From NCBI RefSeq assembly GCF_041146345.1, contig NW_027191410.1:930001-994000 (forward strand): 64,000 nucleotides of DNA. The letters are read 5' to 3'. Both the position numbers and the translations under genes were made by a program. A model generated the notes under the pieces. That model ran no database searches and was not told where the DNA came from. It saw nothing but the letters and a program-made list of their open reading frames with translations. Positions 12,594-26,421 of the stretch are shown piece after piece (within the stretch, counting starts at the first letter, position 1; each line of letters opens with the position of its first letter). The DNA comes from Neodothiora populina. Lineage: Eukaryota.

Positions 12594-13093
12594 CAACTGC
12601 CAAGCTGCCCTGCGTTGACGTGCTCAAACACCTGTGCACGCTCCACTGATGACCTTGCTCTGTTGTATCTTAGGTGGTAGATCGAAGATATGGAGATGAT
12701 AGCCATATCACACTTTCCATGATCGAGTCTCTCACAACACGCACAGTATGGATTTCAAAGAAATCGTACAGTACCTCACCTGCACAGTAATACAGTAAAC
12801 GGGCGGTGGGTGAGCGAGGTTCTGTAGGTACCTGTTTGGTTTAAGGCTTGCTTAGCCGAAGTCTGGTGATGGCGGCTCCGGTGTTGCGGACCGAAGGTCA
12901 GAGCTCAGGCCGTCACGTCACTATGAACCGAAGCATGAACACGAATTGGCTCTTCTCTCTTCAGGTCTGTCTATTCTACACAATACAATAGCCTGATCCA
13001 CCGCCGCAACCTCACCCTATTGCCCCCCCCCAAAGGCCAATTCAATTGCTCTCTCCAATCTCCACTAATTGTCAGAGCTTCTCGTCCATCATC

Positions 13094-14099
13094 ATGGTTC
13101 TCCCCAGACCCACCGTCCTCCGTGGCTTCGCGCCCGCTCGTCTTTTCCGCTCCGCTCCTCGCACCGCAAACCGCGCCATCTCGAGAAGAGGCTACGCCAG
13201 CAGCCACGGCGGACACTCGGAGCCGAGCAGTGACGTGCCATGGTATGCAGCGCTCTCGACCATTGTCGTCTATTGACCGTGAGACGATTCCTCTGACCTT
13301 CTGCCAGGGCTCTCGGTGCCGTTGCCGTCACTCTTCCCACCTGCTACTACCTCTGGCCCAGCGGATCCCACGCCGAGGCTCACCACGACCCTAACCACGA
13401 GACCAAGGCCGAGCGTGCTGAGCAACTGACCCACGAGGGTGACAACAAGGAGCCCGCCGAGACGGAGGAGAAGCCCACCCCCGAGAACAAGGGTGACACC
13501 GAGGACGTCCAGTTCAAGGGCAAGTCCGCTGCCGGCGACGAGGACAACAAGGTTGACGACAACCGCAAGGTTGAGGACGACAACAAGGGCGCAAAGAAGC
13601 TCCGCATTGAGTCCGGCGCCGCAAAGGATCTCGGCGAGGGTGCCAGTAAGAGAGATGACGGATCCGACAGCGTATGTTTCGTCCTTGTGCTGTTATAACC
13701 TTGACCTACCTATACTGATATCCACACCAGGCAGCTACCTCCAAGGACATCTCGGAGAACGAGGGCGACATGAGCAACAAGCAAAAGGGCATCGCGACCA
13801 CTGCCACAAAGCACTCCACCGACATCGCCAACGACCCTGAGAAGTCCAAGAAGGGCGAGGGTTCTCCCGAGACCGCGAAGTCCCAGGGTACCGTCTCTGT
13901 CAACCGACCTCAGGTACATCAAGCCTACCCTTGGAATACCAGAGTCTTATGCTGACCCATTCCGCTGCAGACCGAGAAGCGCAAGGGCGAGACGGAGGAG
14001 AATGTCCCCAACCCCGAGGCTGCCGAGGAGAAGAAGGACGACAAGCCCGAGGAGAAGGAGGAGAAGGAGGAGAAGTCTGAGGAGAAGAAGGAAGAGTAA
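13094..14099 (+). CDS. Uncharacterised mitochondrial single-pass membrane protein with charged tail; exons 13094-13242, 13308-13671, 13731-13913, 13971-14099
   Basis: Arg-rich presequence ending RRGYASS, then hydrophobic WALGAVAVTLPTCYYLW. Three canonical introns keep the frame; strong codon bias. Confidence 0.8.
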
Positions 14100-14313
14100 G
14101 TCATGTCGCAAGCGGATAGATTATTACCACGACGTTTGGAGCCATGTTTCGACCTATTACATCAGCAACGCGAAAAAAGCGGTTTGTTCGGTCTTGAGTC
14201 TGCGCGAGCTGTGTATATATGTATCAATAATGAGATGATGGCCTTTGAGTCTTTCAGAGATCATAATCAGATGCAGTCTTCATCTCCCCGAATCTAAGTA
14301 CATGTGGCTCTGC

Positions 14314-15018
14314 TCACTCATGTGGCCGTCTGGACCAGGTATAAGCCGCCACACTGGTCTCGACACCCTCTTGAACCTCGACGGTGACCATCACACGCTT
14401 CTTCTTACAGTACTCTGCGTAATGAGCAGCCAGCGTCATCCGATGATTGCGGCCCCGACCAAACACAACTATACCCTGAACCCGGTCTCCCGCGAAGCTA
14501 CTAGGCGACATCATCGGCATCTCAGAGTCATCAGACCGCCACAGTATATATCCACTTAATCTTCCTGGCGTCATGCGGCCGATAATGTCGTCCCCCGACG
14601 CAAGCCCGAGAACATTGGCCAAAGAGCCCGGCAGCCGCAAGACGTCGTAGACGAAGACCGGAGGCCATTGCTGCGGGTCGAGTTTACCGCTCGGGTCTAG
14701 GTGTTGTCTTGGGATGCGGTTCAAAAGCGCTCTTTGGTAGGCGAATGTTGTTAGGATTCCGTCTCTGGGAGTTGTTGGTAGTGATGTCCATGTGTTTGGG
14801 TTCATGGGATGATTCTCGACCGAATCACTTGATGGATTTCTTGAGGTGCTGTTCTCTGACTTGGTTTTGTTCCTAGAGAGTGTGGCAGAGTCCGGTCGAA
14901 TGAACGAGCTCCTTGCAGAAAGGCCAGGTCTGTCTCTGCCGTCGCCTGCATCAGAGACAAGGGAGCCTTGGCTACCTCGTGATTTTTGACCATCAAAGTC
15001 TTGGTCATGTGGTTCCAT
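14314..15018 (-). CDS. AIG2/gamma-glutamylcyclotransferase-like domain protein (degenerate)
   Basis: Ser-rich N-terminus, then PVFVYDVLRLP..RMTPGRLSGY..DRVQGIVV..AYTW, resembling the AIG2/GGACT pattern. Start codon uncertain. Confidence 0.6.
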   Translation of the reverse strand: MEPHDQDFDGQKSRGSQGSLVSDAGDGRDRPGLSARSSFIRPDSATLSRNKTKSENSTSRNPSSDSVENHPMNPNTWTSLPTTPRDGILTTFAYQRALLNRIPRQHLDPSGKLDPQQWPPVFVYDVLRLPGSLANVLGLASGDDIIGRMTPGRLSGYILWRSDDSEMPMMSPSSFAGDRVQGIVVFGRGRNHRMTLAAHYAEYCKKKRVMVTVEVQEGVETSVAAYTWSRRPHE

Positions 15019-16081
15019 ACTTGTATCTACTCGCGAGGATATCCTTCGAGTAAGCAAGAAGCCTGGTTTCCGGATGGCTAGAAGGGATAACACATTGTTT
15101 ACATGGTAAGTCACTCTTTATAGCGATACGATGTTAATAGGTATGAAAGTATCGGTCCAACGGGTAGTATGAAAGTGATGTGAGTAATAGTGAATCAGAA
15201 CCAGCAATCATTACATCCAAGTTGCATGAGATTCAAGTGAGTTTAACCAGACTTAACCCAGGCAGTCTTTGCTACTTCGGAGAACGAACTGCTAGTAAGA
15301 ATGAGGGTGCTATGAATGATCCTGGATTCTAGTACGTTAAACGTGTAGGAGTGGCAACCACCCAGATCATGAAGTGATACTATACTCAGGTAGGTACCGT
15401 GACCCTCGAAAAGGCAAGCTCCTTTCAGCCGGATCAAGCATGAGCAATAGTCAAATGTTGCTTCCTGGAGTGACTTGAGAATGACTGAAGCAGACAGTGT
15501 ACAGATACTGTTTCCCTGGTGATTCACGTAGATCTAAAGGAATATCATCAAATGAAACCTCTTCTCGAATCACTTTATTGTCGTTGTAAAGTCCGCCTCA
15601 TTATACGAGCATGTTAAACTTCATAACGTAGAGCTCAAGCACAGACCATAAATATATATGCGATTCTGCAGCACCAGCGGCGACAATAGCCGCCACAGTC
15701 AGTCCAATACGTGGCGATTGCTGCCTACGAATGTAAGGTATTGAAACCCGTCTGCAATGAGAAACGCTCACTTTAGTCGATGGTGTTCGAAGAGCTTCGG
15801 TGAATATCACCTGTACAGTAAGCACGAATTGGGGTCCGGCGAGAACACTTGTTCCCGACCGGCCAAGAGGTCACCACAAGCTCAGACCAACTGCGCGGTG
15901 TTACTTCATCGTCATTGAGCTGGAGTGTCGTTGCTTGCATCTCTTTCCACGACTTCACAACCTTTCATCACCGCTTGAACAACTTTTATCATCAAACTTG
16001 ACCCTTGATCCATCTACATCAACACGAACCCCGTCTTTTCGTCCCATCAGTCCTTTTCATCAGCAGACCGCAGCACGCATC

Positions 16082-18854
<2,773 letters not shown>

Positions 18855-19592
18855 GGAAGGCAAAGTGCGTAGGGTCGAGTGACGAACACGGAAACTTATG
18901 AAGCTTTAACATTTGGGCATGTGCTTTTAGTTCCCAATGACCATGTGCGTTGGGGATTGGCAGTCTAGTCGAGTTTTATGACGGACGGGGCGCTGCGAAT
19001 GGGTAGCACTCCTTGGTGCAGATTGAACAGATTTGTGCAGAGAAAGGAGATTTTTAGATTCACTTTGATAATAAGCCGCGCAGGCCGTTCAGTACATGTT
19101 TGCATGAGTATGCTGTGACAATGCACTATCAATAGTACAGTCAGTTTGTGTAGTTGTTGTGTCAATCCCACTTGTTCGTCATTCGTGACAGAAAAGATGA
19201 GCTTGCGGACATGAGATTCAGTACAATGCGCCCACGAGCAGACGTGCCTTGGCGTGCCGGTGATTCGTCCTTTCATGTGCTGTAATCACTTCGAGTATGG
19301 ACTATAAGTCTGTCGAAAGCGGAGGCGTGATGAGGACAGACCGAGGATCGTAATCCATGGAGATTTTGTCGCCTCGATGCCGTTGTCAACAGCAGGACGA
19401 TGCCGTGCTCGAGTCTTTGCGCTGTGCAGCGTCATGACACAGCCGCGACCACATGTGAGATAACAGGAGACGGCGAAGCAGCTCATATCGGCCATGACTA
19501 CTAGGCCATGGTTGCGTATTCCGTCTCGAGAGGCAATCGTGTAGAGCCCTCGCTGTCTCCCACTCAAGAGAAAGCCCTCCAAAATGTCCTTT

Positions 19593-20027
19593 TCAATCCT
19601 CGCCCTCAATATCAGCAACCTTGGCGAGCTCCTTGCCAACAACCTTGACGCCCCTCTCCTTGACACTATCGGGAATCCTGAGTCCGGGATCCGCCGTCGT
19701 CGCCGTCGTCGTCGTCGCATTCCCCGGCGCCGCAGCCGCAGCCCCAACACCCACCTTGTCCGGCCCATTGAGCCCGTTCAGCGCCTCGTTCAGCACCTTG
19801 TCCATCAGCTGGTCGTAATTCGTGCACTCGCCGCTGCGCATCAATTTCGTCACGTAGGCGCGCAGGTTCGCGGACCAGCCGGTGCGCTGCAGCTCGTCGT
19901 GGAGCGTCTGTTGGATCGTAGGGATCGAGGCGTTGGCGACCAGGGCGGCGCGCAGGTCGTTGGCTACTTGCTCGTCTGTTGCATATGAGGATTTGGAGGT
20001 CAGGGGGATTTTGCGCGTGGTGGACAT
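19593..20027 (-). CDS. SUS1: SAGA/TREX-2 subunit Sus1/ENY2-like
   Basis: LHDELQRTGWSANLRAYV..YDQLMDKV..LRIPDSVK pattern typical of the EnY2 family; 144 aa. Confidence 0.75.
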   Translation of the reverse strand: MSTTRKIPLTSKSSYATDEQVANDLRAALVANASIPTIQQTLHDELQRTGWSANLRAYVTKLMRSGECTNYDQLMDKVLNEALNGLNGPDKVGVGAAAAAPGNATTTTATTADPGLRIPDSVKERGVKVVGKELAKVADIEGED

Positions 20028-21302
20028 TTTTGGTTTGAATGGTGAGATTGAGAAAGGTGCGGCGAGAAAGGGATGGGTGGAGTAGGTCGTGGTGGATCTG
20101 GTGGGTGTTGTTGTGGTGGTGCACTCTCGCTTGCGCTGGGATCGAGATTGTGGCGATAAGTGTCGGTGATTTTAGGAGGTGAGTGCTGAACCGAAAGTCA
20201 TGCACGGATGATGGAATGATTGTGACAGGAAACTGCTAATGGAGTAAGGCAGGTAGGTGTGGTATGGAGCAAGGTAATTGTCTTATCGATAACGTCTCGG
20301 CTGCTTTGCCTGGCCGAATGCAGCGAAGTAAGGTATACTTCGTCATGCTCTTTGGGTTCAAGACAAGACGAAAATAGCCAGTCAGCACCGAGTACAGTGG
20401 GCAAGCAGTTTGTGTTGTATACATTGTATAATAGCATTATTGTCATCTTGCAGGTTGGGCGAATGACGGGCATGTCGCGTGACTTGTAAGTTCTTCACTG
20501 CCCTGTCAGGTAAGGTACTATACACATGCGCACTCTCTGGGGGACATACAAAGGTAATGCGTCAGACAGTGGCGCAGCGATATGTATCTGTGCCACATGC
20601 ACGTCCTGGATTGGACACATGAATTCTTTGTGAACGTCGTACGGTACAAGTCACATTGGGTACCTCAACCATTACGGATATCTACGAGGGCCTTGTCTGT
20701 GCCTGTGCCTGTGATACGCGCGAGGCGAGGCGAGATACTGTACGTACAGTCTGGTCAGGCAATTCAACAACCTGGAAGGCAACGCAAGGGATGATGGACT
20801 GCTGCATTAGCTTTCAGGCATTTTTGCTATTGATAGCGGTATAGCGAGCAACAAGTATCTTCTCGGCCGTTCATGTACCTTGTCTTATCATATCGTGCGT
20901 GGTCCCCTTATACCCTAAAGCACAAGGTACAGTACTTTGTAGATATGATAATGCCGTCTTTTGCTCTTTCTTTTGTGTACGAGCAGCCAAGATTCCCCTT
21001 CCCCCACAACCCCATGACACAGAGACACTTGCTCAAGTAGATGCTCCGACAGTCGACACTTATACCTCTCCTTCCCCAGGGTGTCTCACTTGTCGAAAAT
21101 CAACTCCGAGTCGAGATCCCTGCGGCGGCAAGACAGCGCGAGCATAATTATTACCTAGACACCTCATAGAACCCCATAGAGGCGCGTGCATTGCACACAC
21201 AGCGGCAAGCTGCAGCAGATTGTTGATCAGGCCTCGCACAGCTAATTAAGCGCCACTGGGCCACTGGCCACTGGACATTGCATTGGAGCCCCCCCCCTCC
21301 AA

Positions 21303-21333
21303 TAGCCCATAGCCCATAGCCCAATAGCCCATA
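21303..21333. repeat. Heptamer tandem repeat (TAGCCCA)~4, next to a C9 run and (CCACTGG)3
   Basis: Seen directly upstream of STE50. Confidence 0.85.
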
Positions 21334-22069
21334 AGGTAGTCATAGCCAAAAGTCAGAGCCAACGCCATAGCCCTGGGAACTGCAGCAAAAGCAGGCAGCA
21401 TAACGCGATACACACCACCTCTGCTACACACTTTTGTACCTGCCTACCTACAAGCGCCTTGCTCTTGACGCTTACCGCCTTCCCATCTGCCTCGTTTGCA
21501 TTAGACAAAACCCAACCCCCGGATCAACTTACAAGCTGGCTGATCAACGGCATCATCCTGTGAACGCCGCCGGTGCTTCTACCGTTGTTCCAGCTGCACA
21601 ATCATCATCGTCAGCAGCTGCTGCAACCTCTCCCGGTAAAGGGTCATGGCTGGCCAGAGTTTCACAGCGCGCAAGCATCATCAATAAGTCGCAACAACAA
21701 CAACAACAGCAACATCAACAACAGCAACAACCCCAGCAACAACGTCCCCAATCTCGGGATCAGCATTCGCAGTTCGAGCTCCAGCCCACCGTGTACGGTC
21801 GCGAGGACCGCAGCGACCTACTTCCTGCATCTGCAGCATCGCCAATCACGCCATCTGGCCGCGCGGACAGTCCTGAGCCAAGTCACGGTCGCGGCATTGG
21901 TCGCGACAACGACAACGACGAAGAGGACAACAGCGACATACTAGACAACGGCGACGAGGACGACGACGACGACGAGGACGCGCGAGACGAGATCGACGAC
22001 GACAATCCTTACGCTCACTACAAACGCTACCTGGACCAGGAGGAAGACGAAGACACTCTGCCGAACCTC

Positions 22070-23800
22070 ATGGCCTACACGTCCACCTACCATGAGGATT
22101 CAGACCCCGACGACGAGTCTTACGCCTCTCCGACTCTGGCCCCCGACGAGTACGATCCAGGCGCCGAGTCTGACATGGCGAGCTCCGAGCCCACACCTAC
22201 CACTTTCGTCCAGTCGTATGCGCCGCACGCCAGCCCCACCGGCCTCTTGACGCAATGGACAGCGACACAATGTGCAGACTGGATCTCCAACATGGGGTTG
22301 GGTCAATACGCCAATTCCTTCATCAGTAGGATCTCTCATGCGCCTGTGTCTTGTCGTGAGCTAGCTGACGTGTCGCTCGTTTCTAGAGGAATCCGTGAAC
22401 GGCGAAGCATTGGTGGAGATGCAGAATGAAGATCTCAAAGACATTGGCATTAACAGTATGGGCCATCGCCTCAGTGTGCTCCGCGCTGTGTATGAGCTCA
22501 AGGTCAAGCAAGCCATCCCGCTGGAGCCAGAGCATTACGTACCTCTTTGTATGCGCAATTGACCCGCATCGCCTGTTTATTGTACTGACACTTGTGGGCA
22601 GCTGCCGAAGGAAGCGCATACGACATGACCGCCACACAAGACGACATCGCCCGCGTCATCGAGTCCATTCGTCTGAGGGATCAACGCATCTTGGCTGCCG
22701 AAGCGGATCTGAGGGTCATGAGAGAGAACTTCGAGCGCATGTTGGAAGAAAATCGCAAGCTCCGTGAAGATACACTCCCGGTCATCCGCATGGTGAAAGA
22801 CAGATCACAGCCCTTGCCAGTCCCTGAACCTCCGCCAGCCGAGCTTATGCCTGAAAAGAAGAGCTCGTCCCTGTCGCGCAAGTTTTCCACCAAAAAGCTT
22901 TTCCTCGGCTCTGCGCCCAAGAATCCCTCGCCCACCATACACGAATCTTCCAGCCTGGACCCGTCGGCAGCCGCCATGGCGGCGTCTTCCCATCTCATGT
23001 CAAGCACATCGCAGAACTCACCAACACACCTGATGCCCCAGCTCTCACCCACAAGCCCCGCATACAGCCAGCAAGCGTCTTCAGCCGGAAACCGCTCCTT
23101 CCCCCGAGAAGGTCTCTCGCCAGGCAGACAAGCATACGACGACCACCACATGTACAGCGGCTACGCGCCATCGTCCACTTCACTAGCACAAGGCTCCTCA
23201 CGCGGAACAGGAAGCAGACGCGACCCACCACCCACCTCCCAACCGCTGGAAGAACCACCCTTATCCGCACCCTTACCATCCAACGCATCCGTCGCCCCCT
23301 CGAGCCGCCAATCCAAAGAAAACGCCATGAACGAGCGCACGGAACGCGGCGAATCGAACCCTCAAGTCGAGATCTTCAAATCCTTCCGGGTGAGCATCGA
23401 AGACCCCTGCCACAAAGTCCTGCCGGTGGCCTTGAAGCGCTATAACATCCAGGACGACTGGCACCAGTACGCGCTGTACATCGTCTACGGCGACCAGGAG
23501 CGCTGTCTCGGCCTCGAGGAGAAACCCCTCATGCTGTTCAAGCAGCTCGATCGAGAGGGCAAGAAGCCTATGTTCATGCTGAGGAAACATGCCTCGCCGC
23601 CTGGTCACGAGGGCTTCACGGGTGGGTTTCACGGGCATAGAGACGCCAATGGGCAGGCATCTGCGGGCGGGGGTGGAGGTATGAACGGTGGGGGAGGGCT
23701 AGGCTCAGGAGGTGGAGGCGGTGGTGGCGGAGGAGGAGGAGGCGGAGGAGGGGGACAGATGAGAGAAGACGGCAGGGGCTTGCCAGGAGGTGTGTTATGA
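22070..23800 (+). CDS. STE50: MAPK adaptor Ste50 (SAM + Ras-association domains); exons 22070-22325, 22387-22548, 22602-23800; possible longer non-AUG isoform
   Basis: SAM domain (WTATQCADWI..LKDIGINSMGHRLSVLRAVY) and RA domain (EIFKSFRVSIEDPCHKVLPVALKRY..KPMFMLRK). Introns keep frame. Confidence 0.93.
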
Positions 23801-24146
23801 CGAGCTAGCGGGAAAGCCAGCCGGGCAGTCGGTTAGTCGGTTGAAGATCAAGTCCTAGGTATACGCGAGGACATTGAAGACGAAAGCATCTCGAGAGAAA
23901 TCTAGCAATGAGCGAAATCGAGACTCAATTGAACCATATCATGTCGTATCATATCATGTTATTGCTGAGTGAAGGAATGTCACAAATGCCATCTCGACAG
24001 ACGGGGTTTCCAGAAGACGAACAGTCATTGGGAAAACACTCCCACAACGATCCAAGGCGACGAGACATCAATACCTCCTTCAACAGCCATTTTCAAAGGA
24101 CAGACTTGCACCGTCCATGAATCGTGTGCCGTCGGTCCGCCGTGAG

Positions 24147-25645
24147 TCACTTCCAAGCCTTCTTCGCAAACTCCTCGACGTCAGCCCAGAGCACATCAGG
24201 AAGCTCCAGCGCGGCAAAATGTCCGCCGCGGTCGTGAGCCTTGTACGACACCAGATTCCGCGTGGACAGCTCCGTCCACGACTTCGGCGTGGGGACGAGC
24301 TCGTAGGGAAACCAGGAATAGCCCATTGGTTTGTCGCCAGCGTTGAACGTCGAGGCCGTGGGCTTGGATTTTTCCGGGTCGGTCTTGGTGCCGAAGTGGG
24401 CGCGGTAAGGATAGATGCAGCGGGGGAAGGTGTCGGTGAGGTAGTAAAGAGATACGGACTCGAGGATCGTGTCGAGGGACGGGTCTTGGTCTGTCCATTC
24501 GAGGAATTTCTCGCCGATCCAGGCCAGGAGAGCGAGGGGTGAGGCGGACAACGCGAGCCCGATGGTTGCTGTGCGCGTGCCGTGTTCGCGCGCGTAGGCT
24601 GAGCCGAACTCGAGGAAGTTGCGATGTCCTTGGGCTTTTTTCTCTTCGTCGGTCACGGGGAGGCTGGAGGCGTTGTCTGGAGGTGTCATTATGTTCATGT
24701 TGACTTTGGGAGGAGTGATTAGTGAATTGTTTATGGTGTGATGATGATTCACATACGATGGAATCCTAGATGTCGTTAGTACAACCGTGTTCCTTGTAAT
24801 GGGTGCCGATTGACTTTACCTTTGCATCCAGGAAATCTGACCGCGCTCTGGCGAGATACATGACTACCAAGATCACCTCCCTGGGCAAGGTAACCAGTCT
24901 CGTTGAAGCCCAGAGCGTCCATGAGCTGGTTCATGATATAAGACATATCGCTAGCTTGCATATCCTTGTCGACTGCAGGGCCAGAGGAAAAGGTATACCC
25001 GGGAAGGGAAGGTACGATGATATGATAAGGCAATTCTGTGGCCGAGTATTGCTTCTTGATAAGCTCGAGCAAGGGTAGGAACTCAAGGAAGCTGCCTGGC
25101 CAACCGTGGTAAAAGGCCAAGGGGATCGCATCTTTCTTCTCAGAGAACAGAGCTACAAAGTGGACGGTGTATTCGTTGCCAGCCTCGTCTTTCACCGGCA
25201 AGGTGTAGTTGGGGAATGAGTTGATGCGCGCTTCGCTCGCTCTCCTGTGCGCGGGAGAACATGTCAGTATGTATGTTGGCCTTTGAACCCACCTGTACTG
25301 CGATGGCTATAGATGTCACGGATTGCACAGGTGCCAAACGCACATAATATCCTCATTGTCTCGCACCAGGAGAGATGGTGCAAACTAGCGAGGAGCGTGC
25401 TGAAACTGTACGGTGGGGTTAACTTACCAGTCAAATGTGTCCTGCCAGTGTTTCTTCGCATCGGCTAGCCAGTCACGAGTCACACCGAACCTACGGTCCT
25501 GCTGCTGGTTCTCGTAGACGGCGGGACCAATCTTGGAGTACTTGAGCAGTTGCTTGAGCTCATCCAGCTTCTCGTCTGGAATGTGTGCGGCGAAGGGTGT
25601 TGGTTGGACCTTGACGGTCGGGGGGATAGTTTTGTAGTCTGCCAT
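24147..25645 (-). CDS. Microsomal-type epoxide hydrolase (EHN + alpha/beta hydrolase); exons 25645-25428, 25244-24820, 24765-24757, 24703-24147
   Basis: HGWPGSF, nucleophile motif QGGDLGS and GGHFAALE. A 9-nt micro-exon restores GFHLNM. Confidence 0.92.
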
Positions 25646-26421
25646 GGCGAAGGAAGGGAAGCGAGAAGTGGTGAAAGATGGGGTGAAAGACTTAGCGGCG
25701 AAACCTCACCTTTTCAAACTACAAAATTCATATGCTTTCAATGGTTGAGATTATGTGATCAATGATAGGCAGCATCGTTGCAACTCCTTCTGCTTTGAAT
25801 GACGAAAGGGACAATACCCCGCTGCTTACTGCTGCTTATGACGTGAATTGTGTACAGAAGTGTGAACGAGGCTTCCCGCGCGAAAGGTAAATTACTGTAC
25901 AATTACATGGGTATGTGTAGGCTCGATTGGTCCCAGGACATTGACTGCCCATGAGTGACTCATATATGGCTACACTATATACGAAGGAGCAGCGACGCGT
26001 ACATGCAGAAGATCAGCAGGGAGCAATTTGGATGTCCATTCGTCGACGAGTAAAGCCATACAGCTAAGGTAGGTACCTTAGGTAAACGGCAATAAATGTG
26101 CAGCTAAGGATAGATAAGATAAAGGTACAGGAAGGTGCGGTCTAACAGGGACTCCCGCCCCGCGAATCTTGGCAATGCCTCCCCGCCTCTATTTACTCTA
26201 GCGCGATTTGACAATAGATTTCACAAAAAGTAGAACAACTTTTATCTGTATGCAATAATTAGTCAACAACTTATCCGGCTCAATCAAGGCCGCACTTGTA
26301 CAACACTTCCATATCAGACACGTAAGCCCAAACAGATCACCTGGACTTGGATGATCCCATGGTGCCTTGATCACCCCCAGGAAAGAGAGCGAGCAGAACA
26401 GCATACAAGTCACCGTAGAAA

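Noticed and set aside
24090..24149. Stop readthrough of the epoxide hydrolase (TGA CTC)
   Set aside because: The extension ends in SVL, which is not a PTS1, and the context is not TGA CTA.
25245..25427. Long epoxide hydrolase intron 1 as a snoRNA host or stwintron
   Set aside because: Only an imperfect box C and a CTGA coinciding with the branch point; no terminal stem or nested splice pattern.
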